From contig NC_043002.1 of NCBI RefSeq assembly GCF_006345805.1, forward strand, positions 56,792,001 through 56,856,000: DNA of 64,000 nucleotides, read 5' to 3'. A program made the position numbers and the translations under genes. Under the pieces are notes generated by a model. That model was given only the letters and a program-made list of their open reading frames with translations. It was not told the origin of the DNA and did not search any database. This DNA comes from Octopus sinensis. Taxonomy: Eukaryota. The first letter of the stretch is position 1; each line of letters starts with the position of its first letter. Of the stretch, positions 62,709 through 64,000 are shown piece after piece.

Positions 62709-63268
62709 AACAACAAACAAGATGAGGACAAATATCCGTCAAATGTAAATAATGTTTGTACATCTACAAGAGAAACAGAACAATATTTAATTCTAGACAC
62801 CAACTTATTGTCTGAGACCATCTGTCATTCTGTGATTCTAACTTCCAGTTTTAAAATGATCTTCTATCAAAATTTCATGTTAATTTATGTTCCAAACACC
62901 AAATTCATGGTGACAAAAGTTATTTTATGAAATTCACCATTTTTTTCTCAAAATGAATTGAAACAAAGACAGTGTTTTTCAACACAAATATGGTAACGAA
63001 AAGGTGAAGGTGAAACAACCAGGACAATTTTATTCAGTGGTTTAGCAATGACTGCAGTGAAAACCCACTACACATCTAAATTCCCAGTTCACAAGTTGAA
63101 CAAAGCTTTGAGTCTTGTTTACAATCATAAAACTGCTCCCAGAGGCTGAAAGAAAATCTGTTTTGAGATTACAATTCTGACTTCCAGCTTAACGAGGTAG
63201 TTTCATGAATAATACTTTACTATTTTATTATGAGGAAACATTCATTTAAATTTCAGAATTACTCTTTG

Positions 63269-63323
<55 letters not shown>

Positions 63324-63730
63324 CCCTCTCTCTCTACAATTGCCAATGTTCTATGTGGAAGGCTCGATAATTGTTGAGAGATTTCTCTCAACATGAAACC
63401 AGTAGTAGCCTGGTTAACACTCAGAGTAAATATATATATGTGTGTTCTTTTTTTATGAATGAAATATTTAGAATTAATATTATATTTAATTATTATAGGC
63501 AATGAGCAATGTACTATAGTGAATGAGTTTCTTGTAAATCAGACTGGCTTGCAACCATTTTACTTATCTGTCATGAAATATCAGAAGTTGTGAGTTCAAA
63601 TCTTGTTTGTCTGTTGTTGGTTAACTTCCTGATATATGATAAATTTTTGCTTTATTTTTACCATTATTCAAATGGTTTGTGTGTCCCCCCCCCCACACAC
63701 ACACACACATACTTCACTTAGTTGCATTAA

Positions 63731-63943
63731 CCCATTCGTTACTGTATTTTGAGCTGTGTTTCTTTCAATTACTTTAAATATAACAAAGAATCTATTGAAA
63801 TAACTTAGTTATCATTCAGCTAGTATTAGGAACATAAATTGTGACTAAGGTTTGGTGGAAGATTTTTAACTTAAAACTTATGAAAACAAGGCATTTGCAT
63901 GATGGAGCCAGAGCCTGTTTCAGCCAGGTTGGTATTGAAAGGG
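63731..63943. mobile_element. piggyBac-like MITE (clean copy, family 2)
   Basis: TTAA|CCCATTCGTTAC...GTATTGAAAGGG|TTAA. TSDs at 63727-63730 and 63944-63947. Confidence 0.85.
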
Positions 63944-64000
63944 TTAAACTTGACAAAAAATCCCCCTCCCTTTCTTTTTTCTAATTTATTTTTGATGCTA

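Larger units (their letters stand above)
62293..62755. mobile_element. Palindromic tRNA-headed element with a hammerhead motif in each arm (locus 2)
   Basis: Centre is ATATACCC-AC-GGGCATAT (loop 62496-62497). A-box at 62505-62515, B-box at 62548-62559. The arms are reverse complements. Confidence 0.85.

Overview
This is AT-rich, repeat-dense animal genomic DNA. It is probably an octopus/coleoid cephalopod, inferred from recalled repeat families and not verified. One host gene is supported: a plus-strand ataxin-7 family gene (ATXN7/ATXN7L1-like, SAGA DUB-module anchor). Six coding exons (14158-33639) join in frame and encode the SCA7 zinc-binding domain, the downstream conserved 'HPRP-CTFG-R' block, and long poly-Gly and poly-Ser tracts. 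A probable last exon at 41787 adds only R-stop and is followed by a ~7 kb SINE-poor, 3'UTR-like region. The N-terminal exons were not found. The rest is transposon debris: a decayed RTE LINE with a PHD-type finger inside its RT, R4/Dong-like and other LINE fragments, several tRNA-derived SINE families, hAT/piggyBac/pogo/mariner-type MITEs, and microsatellites. Most ORFs in the supplied track are microsatellite or repeat artefacts. The most interesting signal is a palindromic repeat found twice (16961-17419 and 62293-62755). It has tRNA-derived Pol III promoter sequence at its centre and a minimal type I hammerhead ribozyme motif in each arm. The four-copy consensus folds as a canonical Penelope-type, dimer-dependent hammerhead. 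All alignments and folds were done by eye, and repeat boundaries are approximate.
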